Positions 10,503-19,520 of a stretch of DNA of 64,000 nt are shown piece after piece. Position numbers and translations under genes: made by a program. The notes under the pieces were generated by a model. That model had not been told where the DNA came from. It ran no database searches and was given only the letters and a program-made list of their open reading frames with translations. The stretch lies in IMG/VR virus record IMGVR_UViG_3300022745_000022, positions 20,344 to 84,343 of that record; one strand, given 5' to 3'. Numbering within the stretch: position 1 is the stretch's first letter; each line of letters starts with the position of its first letter. The stretch is from a virus.

Positions 10503-11546
10503 ATGGACGTACGGGAAATGCATATTGAGATCGGGCAGGCTACACAGTCAGTAGCCTCTAATAAGCGCCGGAAACTGTTGCCTCCTGAGGTGGACTGGAT
10601 CCTGAACAAAGTGGCCTACCGATATCTCGGCCTCCATGCAGGTAACCTTAGAGACAATCCCGGAGCGGCGGATTCCCTGACCCACCTGAACAGGATTCAG
10701 ACGGTACTGGGAGTCCGCCCGCTACCGGCCTTTGCACTGGGTACCGATCAGACCTTTGCAGTCATGCCCCATACCGTAGCTGAGCTACTCAGTGTGGAGG
10801 TCTGTGTGAACAACTTGTGCGGAGCTCCAAAGGAGACCTTACGCGAGCAGAAGCTCCTACATGTCCTACGCCTCAAGCCCACCACAGCTTCCTCCAACTT
10901 CTATGAAAACGTAACCCTGACCCTGAACGGCAACACGATGTTCGACATGCAGGCCCACACCCAGGCCCGCAACAGGACCTTCACCGGCTTTCCATCGGCC
11001 ACTGAACTCTGGCGTATTGCTGAGATGCTACTCGTGGAGCTGGGAAACCAAGGTTACAACGTGTACTTCGAAACCTACAATGGCCGCTACTTCCCACAGT
11101 CCATCATTTTCTCTGAACTCCCTTCCACCACCATCAACCTAACCATCGACGGTACCACGACCACGGCTGTGGAGCAGACCCTACTGGTCACCAGCTATCT
11201 GGAGAAGAACAAGATCTGGGTCCCCGGTCGGCTGCATTTCCAGACCCGACTGCCGGGCATGCGCAGCAGTGCTTTCGCGGACACCTACTATCGGAGCCCA
11301 CTATGCCACCTCACCGACAACGTCGTTCAGGTAGACTTGGACAAGAGCTTTACAGTAAGTGATATGCGCCTGCATTTCCTTCGCAATATGCGCCGCATTG
11401 ACTTAGATTTGGGACAGGATTGCGAACTACCAGAAGGCGTCCATCCTGACATCTGCGACCTGGCAACAGAATACATCAAGGTACTCAGGGAAGATCCGGA
11501 CTGGGAAGTGAAGCTCAGAGATAACATGATAAGAACCACCATTTAA
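10503..11546 (+). CDS. Head-tail connector / tail ring protein
   Basis: N-terminus MDVREMHIEI...LLPPEVDWILN and C-terminus CELPEGVHPDICDLA are typical of crAss-like ring proteins. About 150 aa of extra sequence lies in the middle. Confidence 0.65.
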   Translation: MDVREMHIEIGQATQSVASNKRRKLLPPEVDWILNKVAYRYLGLHAGNLRDNPGAADSLTHLNRIQTVLGVRPLPAFALGTDQTFAVMPHTVAELLSVEVCVNNLCGAPKETLREQKLLHVLRLKPTTASSNFYENVTLTLNGNTMFDMQAHTQARNRTFTGFPSATELWRIAEMLLVELGNQGYNVYFETYNGRYFPQSIIFSELPSTTINLTIDGTTTTAVEQTLLVTSYLEKNKIWVPGRLHFQTRLPGMRSSAFADTYYRSPLCHLTDNVVQVDLDKSFTVSDMRLHFLRNMRRIDLDLGQDCELPEGVHPDICDLATEYIKVLREDPDWEVKLRDNMIRTTI

Positions 11547-11556
11547 AAACATTACC

Positions 11557-12549
11557 ATGTACAAGAACAGGTATTTCAAAAACCCCTTCAGTCAGCTCGC
11601 CAGCTTCATCGGCATCACCACGGACCTGGATTACACTGCCCAGACCACCCTGGCCAACTTCATCGCCAACTCCGTGAAGGCTGGTGACATCGGTATCTTC
11701 AACGCCTCCAGCGGTGCCCTGATCTCCGGTCTCGGTGCCGTCTCCACCTCCCTTCCGATCGTGATCGCAGTCAACACCGGCCTGATGCCCGGTTCCACCA
11801 CCAAGTACGGATTCAAAGTGTCGCCCTCCTTCAAGGTCGCTGACCTGTCGATGGTGCGCACTCCGTATGTGGCTCCTGTCCTGGGTTCCCGCACGATGGT
11901 CTTCAACGCTGCTTCCGCAGTGGCCACTGGCGACATCCTGACCCTGAAGATCCTGGATCTCACTGCAGGTTCGCACCCGCTGCAGTCCAACGAGTGGAGC
12001 TACACGGTGAAAGCCGGTGACACCTTCGATGGCGCCATGCAGAAGCTGACCGATGCCATCAACGACCAGACCTCCGTGCAGAACGCCGCCCGCGACCAGC
12101 TCGTGAGTGCAGCTTACACTGCCGGTACCAACACCCTGGCCATCACCAACCTGGACTATGGTGTCGTCACCAAGGTCTTCATCCCGACCTCCAGCAAACT
12201 GGCTTCCTTCACCATCGACACCGACACCATCGTCAAGACGGTCCTCGGCTCCGGTTTCCCTGCAGAGGTGAAACTGCTGGAAGAAGCCATGGCGATCGGC
12301 CAGAACATCAGCACCAACTACCCGATGGCCGGCACTGCGCCTGTGGACTACGGTCTGCAGACTTCGGTGGTCGATTACAACGGTGCAGGTGCCCAGTACA
12401 ACTACTACACCTTCAAGACCACTCGCTCCGACTCTTCCAAGATCCCCGGCAAACGAATCGATCTGTGGGCAGACGTCATCTTCCTGGCAGTCAACGCGAA
12501 TGCGACAGCCAAGGCAGAAGAAGAGATCAAGGCAATCTTCGGTCTGTAA
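11557..12549 (+). CDS. Abundant structural protein, probable auxiliary capsid protein
   Basis: 330 aa, Ala/Thr/Gly-rich and beta-rich, with very strong codon bias like the MCP and its own terminator. Size and position match the crAss-like auxiliary capsid protein. Confidence 0.6.
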   Translation: MYKNRYFKNPFSQLASFIGITTDLDYTAQTTLANFIANSVKAGDIGIFNASSGALISGLGAVSTSLPIVIAVNTGLMPGSTTKYGFKVSPSFKVADLSMVRTPYVAPVLGSRTMVFNAASAVATGDILTLKILDLTAGSHPLQSNEWSYTVKAGDTFDGAMQKLTDAINDQTSVQNAARDQLVSAAYTAGTNTLAITNLDYGVVTKVFIPTSSKLASFTIDTDTIVKTVLGSGFPAEVKLLEEAMAIGQNISTNYPMAGTAPVDYGLQTSVVDYNGAGAQYNYYTFKTTRSDSSKIPGKRIDLWADVIFLAVNANATAKAEEEIKAIFGL

Positions 12550-12572
12550 GTTCTTCAGGAAACCCCGTAGCC

Positions 12573-12603
12573 GAAAAGGGCAGCCAACTCGGCTGTCCTT
12601 TTC
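12573..12603. terminator. Intrinsic (possibly bidirectional) terminator
   Basis: GAAAAGGGCAGCC-AACTC-GGCTGTCCTTTTC inverted repeat with an A-tract on the left and a T-tract on the right. Confidence 0.85.
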
Positions 12604-12630
12604 ACTTTAATTACGTAGATTTATCCCACC

Positions 12631-13278
12631 ATGACTCCCAATGAACTTACAGACATCCTGGCCATGGAGATAGGTTCAGTCAATGACTGGGCTTTCAAGC
12701 GTTCAGTGCTTGCCAGGGCCAACGCTACACGGGCTCAGCTCATGAAGCGGACATTGGAGAAGACGCCACAGGATCGTTCCGTGTTCACACAGGCCATCAC
12801 GGTGGACATGGAGAACTTCAACTTCATCGACGGTACGGGACTGGAATGCGTACAGAGCCGTAGTGTCTGTGATATCCCGGTACCGCTGCGTTCCAATAGC
12901 ATCGTGTTCGACTATGTGGGGTCAGTGGATGGTTCGCATGCCTACCGGGAAACCAATATCGGTATGTCCCAGTTCCTGAAAGCGGGACGCATGGGCGCCA
13001 AACTCATTCCATACCGGTACATGGACCCACGACTGTACATAGAGCACCCCAACGTCGCCCGCGTACTCATCGTCGGCATCTTCGCCGATCCGGAAGAGAT
13101 CTATAACCTCAACGCCAAACTCAGTGCCTGCAAGGACTGTGACTTCTGGGAAGCACGGTACCCCTGCAGTGAAGACATACTGGACATCATCATCAAGGAC
13201 ATCAGGGAATCCTGGAGGACGCGCCCTGTAAATCAGGAAGTGAATGGAACCCAGAACAAACCAGATCCTGCTACCTAA
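12631..13278 (+). CDS. Tail ring / adaptor protein
   Basis: 215 aa with FDYVGSVDG, LIVGIFADPEE and YPCSEDILDII motifs, as in crAss-like ring proteins. Confidence 0.6.
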   Translation: MTPNELTDILAMEIGSVNDWAFKRSVLARANATRAQLMKRTLEKTPQDRSVFTQAITVDMENFNFIDGTGLECVQSRSVCDIPVPLRSNSIVFDYVGSVDGSHAYRETNIGMSQFLKAGRMGAKLIPYRYMDPRLYIEHPNVARVLIVGIFADPEEIYNLNAKLSACKDCDFWEARYPCSEDILDIIIKDIRESWRTRPVNQEVNGTQNKPDPAT

Positions 13279-13822
13279 GCATATCTACCTGGATTTCATC
13301 CATGCCTACGTGGTGCAGAACCCGGGTAATATCGTGTGTCGTGTACCGGGCTCCCGTCGTGATGCTGCAGCTCCGTTCGAACTCCGTGATAAGACCGGTA
13401 AGGTACTCATGACCTATGAGCGTTGGTACAGTGCCGTGAAGACATACTTCGAGCATGCCCGTGAGCAGATCATCCTTGGACGCCGACTACAGATCATGTT
13501 CGTTGGTAACATCTACGCCAAACGCATCCAGCGCAACTACCGCAAGAAGGTGATCAACTGGAATGCCACCAACAAGGTGGAGAAAGTGGTCAAAAATGGA
13601 AAGCTGGTCAGTAAGTACAATGTGTATCACACCGACCCTGACTATTGCCGCATCGCCTGGGAACGACGCATGCGTGGGAACAAGCGGCCCCGTTTCAAGT
13701 TCACGCCCACACACAGCTCCAAAACCGTGAAAGGCTTCAAGCAGCAGTTCAGTGACGCGCTGAAGAGCAATCCGCATCTCAAATTCAAGTACGTGTACAA
13801 CGCATACAAGTATGGAATATAA
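13244..13822 (+). CDS. Basic IHF-like protein of the crAss-like tail module
   Basis: Lys/Arg-rich. The segments IILGRRLQIMFVGNIYAKR...INWNATNK and YCRIAWER resemble the diverged IHF family found next to the tail tube gene in crAss-like phages. Confidence 0.55.
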   Translation: MEPRTNQILLPKHIYLDFIHAYVVQNPGNIVCRVPGSRRDAAAPFELRDKTGKVLMTYERWYSAVKTYFEHAREQIILGRRLQIMFVGNIYAKRIQRNYRKKVINWNATNKVEKVVKNGKLVSKYNVYHTDPDYCRIAWERRMRGNKRPRFKFTPTHSSKTVKGFKQQFSDALKSNPHLKFKYVYNAYKYGI

Positions 13823-14612
13823 CAAGACCAGCATGAAGGCCGTCATCGGCAAAGTGGTACGCGACCTGAGTCTGCAGGATGCGACCATGATACCGGACAT
13901 CATGGAATGGATGACCGAAGCCATGCAGGACATGCAGACCCGCTGGACCTTGCAACAGACCTGGTATGACGCAGAAGTGTACTTCTACAAGGTGGAGCTC
14001 CCCTGCGGTATGGCCATACTCACAGCAGTAGAGTTCGAAGGCAGGCGACTGCAGGCCCGTGACGTATCCCGTCATACTGGGCTCATTCCCCGTGTCGGTG
14101 ACCTGGAGACTCCGGGCATCTGGGTGTCCTCCGTGAAGAAAGTCCGTACCCCCAATGGGTTCTATTCCTACGAACAGCAGACAGCCAGCATTCCCAACGC
14201 AGTACATGAGGACCACTGGTTCACCGAAGACGGCCCAGGATACATCCAGGTCTCCATGGAATCCGGTTTCGTACGCCTGCACATGAAAGAAGTGGCCGTG
14301 GACAAACAGGGCTATCCGCTCATCGTCGATCAGTATGACTACAAGGAAGCCTTGTACTGGTACACGCGCAAGAAGATGATCGAGAGCGGTTGGTCGGATA
14401 CCGTGCTAAACTGGGACCGCTGTGATCACAACTATTCGGTACATGTGGACCGTGCCCGTGCAGCCATCAAGTACCCATCGACAGCACGCATGGAAACCAT
14501 GATGGACCACGTCATGCTCATTCCGCCACAGAACTTCTTTGAAACCTACGGTAACATAGAACAAGCTTATGAAGTCCCTGAATCGAAATACACGTCCCAA
14601 GGGCCAGCCTGA
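13812..14612 (+). CDS. Tail tubular protein (P22 gp4-like ring)
   Basis: Motifs SMKAVIGKV.RDL, IMEWM.EA, KVELPC and YPLIVD...YKEALYWY. Directly precedes the stabilisation protein. Confidence 0.7.
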   Translation: MEYNKTSMKAVIGKVVRDLSLQDATMIPDIMEWMTEAMQDMQTRWTLQQTWYDAEVYFYKVELPCGMAILTAVEFEGRRLQARDVSRHTGLIPRVGDLETPGIWVSSVKKVRTPNGFYSYEQQTASIPNAVHEDHWFTEDGPGYIQVSMESGFVRLHMKEVAVDKQGYPLIVDQYDYKEALYWYTRKKMIESGWSDTVLNWDRCDHNYSVHVDRARAAIKYPSTARMETMMDHVMLIPPQNFFETYGNIEQAYEVPESKYTSQGPA

Positions 14613-17600
14613 CCAGACTTACCGGTATGGTAAGAACGGTCTCAGCAATGCGACCCTGGGGACGGTGGAGAATGAAGCAGGCTTCGTACTGGAGCCCGCT
14701 GTCCTGCCGTACAAGTTCAATGGCGCTATTGCCACGGATAAGTACCCGGTGGTATTCTCCACCAATAATGTCCACTCGGCGATCGGGTATTACAATACCG
14801 ACACGCATGCCTATGTGCCTATCCTGAATGATGCCACGATGAGCTTCAAGCTGGGATTCCACAGCGACTGGTACATCACCGGCGAGGCGCAGCGCAATCA
14901 CCTTGGTGAGATCGTGGTGGCCTATACCAATAAGAACAAGGTCACAGGATATCTGAACTGCGATAATCCCAATATTGCCCAGCTCGCTGACCTGAGCCTG
15001 TTTCCCATCGTGGAAGCACCAGCTATTGTCATCGGCCAGGAGACCGGGGGGTCCCTGTTCCCGGGAGCCTACTTCGCAATGAGCCGCTATGCCAAGAAGG
15101 ATGGTACCATGACCGGCTTTGTCGGTAACTCCGGCGTGACCATTGTGGCCAATTCCACCGGTAACCAGCTCACTGACCGCGTCATCACGATGCAGTTCAC
15201 GGAGCTGGATACCAAGTACGACTTCCTGGAAGTGGCCATCGTTTCCAAAGTGGCCGGCGCTTACACCACGCCGCAGCTCCTACCAGAGATCCCTATCACT
15301 GCTTCCACGATGCGTGTGGTATACACCGGCACTGAGGTGACCACTGACCTCGCGCTGGAGAACATCCTGATCCCACCGGCGTATTACGAGAACGTGCAGA
15401 CCATTGGTCAGCTCAACGGTAGCTTATACATCGGCGGCCTGGACTCTTCTCCAGTGATCAACATGCAGAAATGGGTGAACATGGTCAACGTGAAGTGGGC
15501 CAGCGAGCTGGTGAATGTTACCACGCCGGAACCAGCCCTTGTCCGCGGTGAGAAGCGCGGCTTCATGCACGAGGAAGTCTATGCCCTGTACCTGCAATTC
15601 TCCAAGCGCTCAGGAGGGTGGACGCAGTGGTTCCACGTCCCGGGCAATACTCCAGCCCCCATTAACCTGGCTCCATCGACCACTGGCCTCGCTGAAGGCA
15701 TCACAGCCAAGCGGTTCCAGATAGAGGATACCATTCCCTCCTTCGACCTGGCCAGTAAGCGCGGAGAGACTGGCGTATGGCAGAATGAGAATGAGGTCTA
15801 CCCGGACAATCCTGACTTTGACTCCTCACCATTTGGCGGCCGTAATCTCCGCGGACAGAAGGTACTGCATCACCGCATGCCTTCCATCACCTGGTGCAAG
15901 ACCAATCTGTACGCCTCAGAGGTCAAGTATGGTAAGGACAGCCTGGACCTGCTCGGCCTATATCTCAGCAACATCGTCATTCCTGCAGAGTACAGTAAGC
16001 TCCTCGATGGCGGATGGCGCCTTGGCTTTGCGCGCAGGGATCTCTCCAACTCTACAGTGGTCGGCCAGAGTGCCCTGCTCCATGGGGCCCGCTTCGGCCA
16101 CTACACAGGAACCACGGTCACGATCGACGTGGCAGACAACAACTACGTATCCACTGGAGGCAACTTCCACAGCGCACGCCAGCGCACCGGTCACGTACCG
16201 GACAAGGCTGTCGGTGTGGACCGCAAGGTGATGCGCATGCACCCCTTTGACCTGCTATTCAGTAAGCCGACAGTGGCTCCTCAATACCTGTCCACCCACC
16301 TCAAACTGCGTCGCAACAACCTCATCTCAGAACAGGAGATCCTGGAGGACTTCGATCTGGGCAATGACACCAAGATCGGCCCCATCGTGTACCGCATCGA
16401 CTACCTGGCCAAAGGCATTACACCCACCGTAGTCAATATCCTGCAGCGGTACCGTAAGCTCATAGACCCCACTTACGTCCCCAACAACCTCTCGGTGAAT
16501 AAGTGGAACAACGTGGATCTAGAGACGGCTTACGGTGCCAACCTGAGTTCCCCTGTGCTCGACGATGCAGACGTCCCCCGGCAGAACGTGCGCGAGCAGG
16601 ATAGCCGCCAAGACATCAACTACTGCGCAAACTGGGAGGTCACCTTCCTGAGTAACATGATGAACCTCAGGGATGACGTGTATTCCCCATTCACACGCCA
16701 GACCATGATCCAGGCTTCCAGTAAGATCCTGGGTACGGCCGGCTTCGTGACTTCCGGCGACACCTTTGTCAGTGAGTACGTGTTCCACACCTACGGATGG
16801 TGGGACCAGCTCAACACCAAGTTCAGCACCATCGCCGGTACCAAGGTCGTGCGTCGCATCGTGTGCGAGACTGCAGCCAACCTATACGCCCGCTATGAAG
16901 ACCCGGGAAACCTGTACTCGCGATTCTACCCCAAGAGCCCACTGGTCAGGGATGACGCTAACAACTACATCACCCAGTTCGTCGTACAGAAGGACCCTAA
17001 CCAGTTCGGCTATGACAAGGACCTCAATGCGCTGAATGAGCTCACGCTCAGTGTCGGCATACACACGGTCAACGATCCCACGGATACCAAGCACCCATTC
17101 CGCATTCACCGGGGTGGACAGATCGGCCGCCAGGACAAAACCAGGAGCTGGCGCACCTTCCTGCCCCTGGATTACTATGAGATCAAGAAGAACGTGGGAC
17201 CTATCGTCAACCTCAAAGGTCAAGACGATCGTCTACTCATCCACTGTACCAAGGCCCTGCTGGTCACCCAAGACAAGACCAAGCTGGAGAGCGATGTGCT
17301 CAAGGTCACACTCGGCGCCGGGGACATCTTCCAGTTCGATCCACAGGACGCGCAAGCTTCGCCGCTTGGTCACGCTGGCACTTTCCACGACCTGGCCGCA
17401 ATGCTGACCCCGGTAGGCTACTTCAGTGTGGATACCGGTAATGGCATGGTCTATCTCTATAAGGGTAACCAGGTGGACAGCATTAGCAAAGGCCTGTACC
17501 TGGACTTCCTGAAGATCCTGAAGGTACTACCCACCAACGTACTACAAGGAGACGGTATCACCGTGGGCTATGATCCGGAGAAGCAGCGTCTCCTGCTCAC

Positions 17601-18039
17601 CGTGAAGAACGGGCAGCCTGACCGACCGTACAGGATATGGACCGGTGACGCGGACATCAACCTGCTCTCTCCTGGCGACCTGGTTCTGATGGACAATCGC
17701 TTCCTGGAGTATGTCGGTGTCAACGATCCACTGGTCTCTGCAGTCACCTGCGCCACACACCACATCCCGCTCGTAGAGAACTCAGAGTACTTCTACGCGT
17801 CTGGCAGCTACGCCAACGTGGAGATCACCGTGCTGGGTGGCATCTTCGTCGCCACCGTGGAACTGCTCGGCGTAGCGCCCTCAACCTCCGTATTCTATAT
17901 AGACCCCTCAACCAACAAACTATACATTAACGGCGTGGTCAACGGCTTTGCGGTACCGGTGTGGACCCTCACGTGCAGGGCCACCTCCGACACTGGAGAC
18001 ACCACTGACTTCACTGTGGTCATAAATATCGCCCCATGA
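14569..18039 (+). CDS. Tail stabilisation (muzzle, P22 gp10-like) protein, N-terminal/major part, with a C-terminal Ig/cadherin-like extension
   Basis: 1156 aa, beta-rich, with MKSLNRNT.P..QP..TYRYGKN, FMHEEVYA, W.TFLPLDYYEI.KN.GPI and VGYDPEKQRLLLT. The usual C-terminal segment is missing and is encoded by the next ORF. Confidence 0.8.
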   Translation: MKSLNRNTRPKGQPDQTYRYGKNGLSNATLGTVENEAGFVLEPAVLPYKFNGAIATDKYPVVFSTNNVHSAIGYYNTDTHAYVPILNDATMSFKLGFHSDWYITGEAQRNHLGEIVVAYTNKNKVTGYLNCDNPNIAQLADLSLFPIVEAPAIVIGQETGGSLFPGAYFAMSRYAKKDGTMTGFVGNSGVTIVANSTGNQLTDRVITMQFTELDTKYDFLEVAIVSKVAGAYTTPQLLPEIPITASTMRVVYTGTEVTTDLALENILIPPAYYENVQTIGQLNGSLYIGGLDSSPVINMQKWVNMVNVKWASELVNVTTPEPALVRGEKRGFMHEEVYALYLQFSKRSGGWTQWFHVPGNTPAPINLAPSTTGLAEGITAKRFQIEDTIPSFDLASKRGETGVWQNENEVYPDNPDFDSSPFGGRNLRGQKVLHHRMPSITWCKTNLYASEVKYGKDSLDLLGLYLSNIVIPAEYSKLLDGGWRLGFARRDLSNSTVVGQSALLHGARFGHYTGTTVTIDVADNNYVSTGGNFHSARQRTGHVPDKAVGVDRKVMRMHPFDLLFSKPTVAPQYLSTHLKLRRNNLISEQEILEDFDLGNDTKIGPIVYRIDYLAKGITPTVVNILQRYRKLIDPTYVPNNLSVNKWNNVDLETAYGANLSSPVLDDADVPRQNVREQDSRQDINYCANWEVTFLSNMMNLRDDVYSPFTRQTMIQASSKILGTAGFVTSGDTFVSEYVFHTYGWWDQLNTKFSTIAGTKVVRRIVCETAANLYARYEDPGNLYSRFYPKSPLVRDDANNYITQFVVQKDPNQFGYDKDLNALNELTLSVGIHTVNDPTDTKHPFRIHRGGQIGRQDKTRSWRTFLPLDYYEIKKNVGPIVNLKGQDDRLLIHCTKALLVTQDKTKLESDVLKVTLGAGDIFQFDPQDAQASPLGHAGTFHDLAAMLTPVGYFSVDTGNGMVYLYKGNQVDSISKGLYLDFLKILKVLPTNVLQGDGITVGYDPEKQRLLLTVKNGQPDRPYRIWTGDADINLLSPGDLVLMDNRFLEYVGVNDPLVSAVTCATHHIPLVENSEYFYASGSYANVEITVLGGIFVATVELLGVAPSTSVFYIDPSTNKLYINGVVNGFAVPVWTLTCRATSDTGDTTDFTVVINIAP

Positions 18040-18779
18040 ACGGATGCATGAACCCTGCTGCCGCCAACTACAATCCATCGGCCACTATGCCTGATGGAAG
18101 TTGCCTGTTCCTGAAGAGCATCGGTGGCATCTGCTACCTGTTCAAAGAACCCATCGTGGAGCGCAAGGACTTCACGGTCTCCTACTCACTCATCGTGGAT
18201 GACTGGGTATTCTTCCATAGCTACAAGCCGGATGCCTACCTGCAGACCAGGAACAAGCTGTACTGCGTCAAGGACAATAAGATCTACCGGTTCAACGATG
18301 GACCTCACGGCGTGTACTTCGACACCCCGGAGTCCTTCTTCATTGACCTGGTGGTCTCTGACAAGAAGGAAAGCGTGCTCTCCGCCCTTCAGTGGGTGAC
18401 AGAAGTGCTGGATCCCGATGGCAAGGACAGGGAGCACCTGACCTTCACCCACATCACCATCTGGAATAATTACCAGTGTACCGGCCGGCTGGAGGTGAAA
18501 ACTGCCCTTAGGGAGTATGAAGCTTCCGCGCGCAAGAGTAAGGGGGCCTGGAGCTTCAACGATTTCCGCGACCTGGTCAAGGATAATGACCAGCCATTCC
18601 TGGGAAATCTCTTCCAGGATTTTGCCGTGGACACAAGCAAACTTGATGTAAATTTACCCTGGTACGAGAAGGAACTACTGGTCGATGACCATTTCATCGT
18701 CCGCCTGGAATTTGACAACCAACAGGACCTGCAGATACTTCTCCACCAGCATGGTGCACTCATGGATAAAACATACTGA
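18036..18779 (+). CDS. Tail stabilisation protein, separately encoded C-terminal part
   Basis: Contains FTVSYSLIVDDWVFFHSYKPDAY, FTHITIWNNYQCTG and WSFNDFRDL, which normally close the crAss-like stabilisation protein. Begins with a GCMNPAAANYNPSATMPDGSC motif. Confidence 0.7.
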   Translation: MNGCMNPAAANYNPSATMPDGSCLFLKSIGGICYLFKEPIVERKDFTVSYSLIVDDWVFFHSYKPDAYLQTRNKLYCVKDNKIYRFNDGPHGVYFDTPESFFIDLVVSDKKESVLSALQWVTEVLDPDGKDREHLTFTHITIWNNYQCTGRLEVKTALREYEASARKSKGAWSFNDFRDLVKDNDQPFLGNLFQDFAVDTSKLDVNLPWYEKELLVDDHFIVRLEFDNQQDLQILLHQHGALMDKTY

Positions 18780-19519
18780 TGAAACGAACTAACCTCAGAA
18801 AGGTGTACGCAGGCGGTGGAATGATGGGCTGGCAGATGGCTGGCCAGGTCGCCGGTATGGGCGCTTCCGTCCTTGATGGACTGCAGACCAATGCCAAGAC
18901 GCCGTCGATCGGAATGTCTGCTGCCAAAGGTGCACTCTCCGGCGTTGCAGCAGGTGCAGCATTTGGACCATGGGGAGCCGCTATTGGAGGTGTAGTTGGA
19001 GGTGCAGCTGGAGCCATCACCGGTTCCATCAACAAAGGCAAAGAAGAGCGTACCATCAACCGCAATCTGCAGACCATTCGCCAGACTAACCTGGAACGTG
19101 GCGCCGCGGCAGTGGCCGCAGATCCCAGTCTCGCGTACGGCAACGCCGGTGTGAACTACTACGCCAATGGTGGCCGTCTCAACAACCCCATGAATGCCCA
19201 GCCTCAGGTAGGTGGCCAACTCAAACCCCTCAGCTCAGAGGCCACTGAAGTCGAGGGCCCATCGCATGAACAAGGCGGTGTAGAACTTCCCGGGATGGAT
19301 GCTGAACTGGAAGGTGGCGAAACCACTTCCGGTAACAAGGTCTTCTCTGAGCAGCTCGGCTTTGCTCAGCTTCATAAGCCCATCGCCAAGGCCATCGGTA
19401 AGATAGAGACCAAGCCATTCACCCATGAGCGCGTCAATGCCCTGCGACGCCTCAAGGACAAAGAGGAAGAGCTCTTCCAGCAGCAGGAATTTCTCAAGCA
19501 AGCTTTAAACACATACTGA
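18779..19519 (+). CDS. Ejected (cargo) protein 1
   Basis: Gly/Ala-rich hydrophobic segment (GAAFGPWGAAIGGVVGGAAGAI), EVEGPSHEQGGV and AELEGGE motifs, YAGGG and YANGG motifs. Typical of the first cargo gene after the muzzle. Confidence 0.7.
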   Translation: MKRTNLRKVYAGGGMMGWQMAGQVAGMGASVLDGLQTNAKTPSIGMSAAKGALSGVAAGAAFGPWGAAIGGVVGGAAGAITGSINKGKEERTINRNLQTIRQTNLERGAAAVAADPSLAYGNAGVNYYANGGRLNNPMNAQPQVGGQLKPLSSEATEVEGPSHEQGGVELPGMDAELEGGETTSGNKVFSEQLGFAQLHKPIAKAIGKIETKPFTHERVNALRRLKDKEEELFQQQEFLKQALNTY

Positions 19520-19520
19520 T

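Noticed and set aside
18025-18045. Programmed -1 frameshift joining the two muzzle ORFs
   Set aside because: No X XXY YYZ heptamer or obvious downstream structure. The ATGA overlap is adequately explained by translational coupling. Not excluded experimentally.
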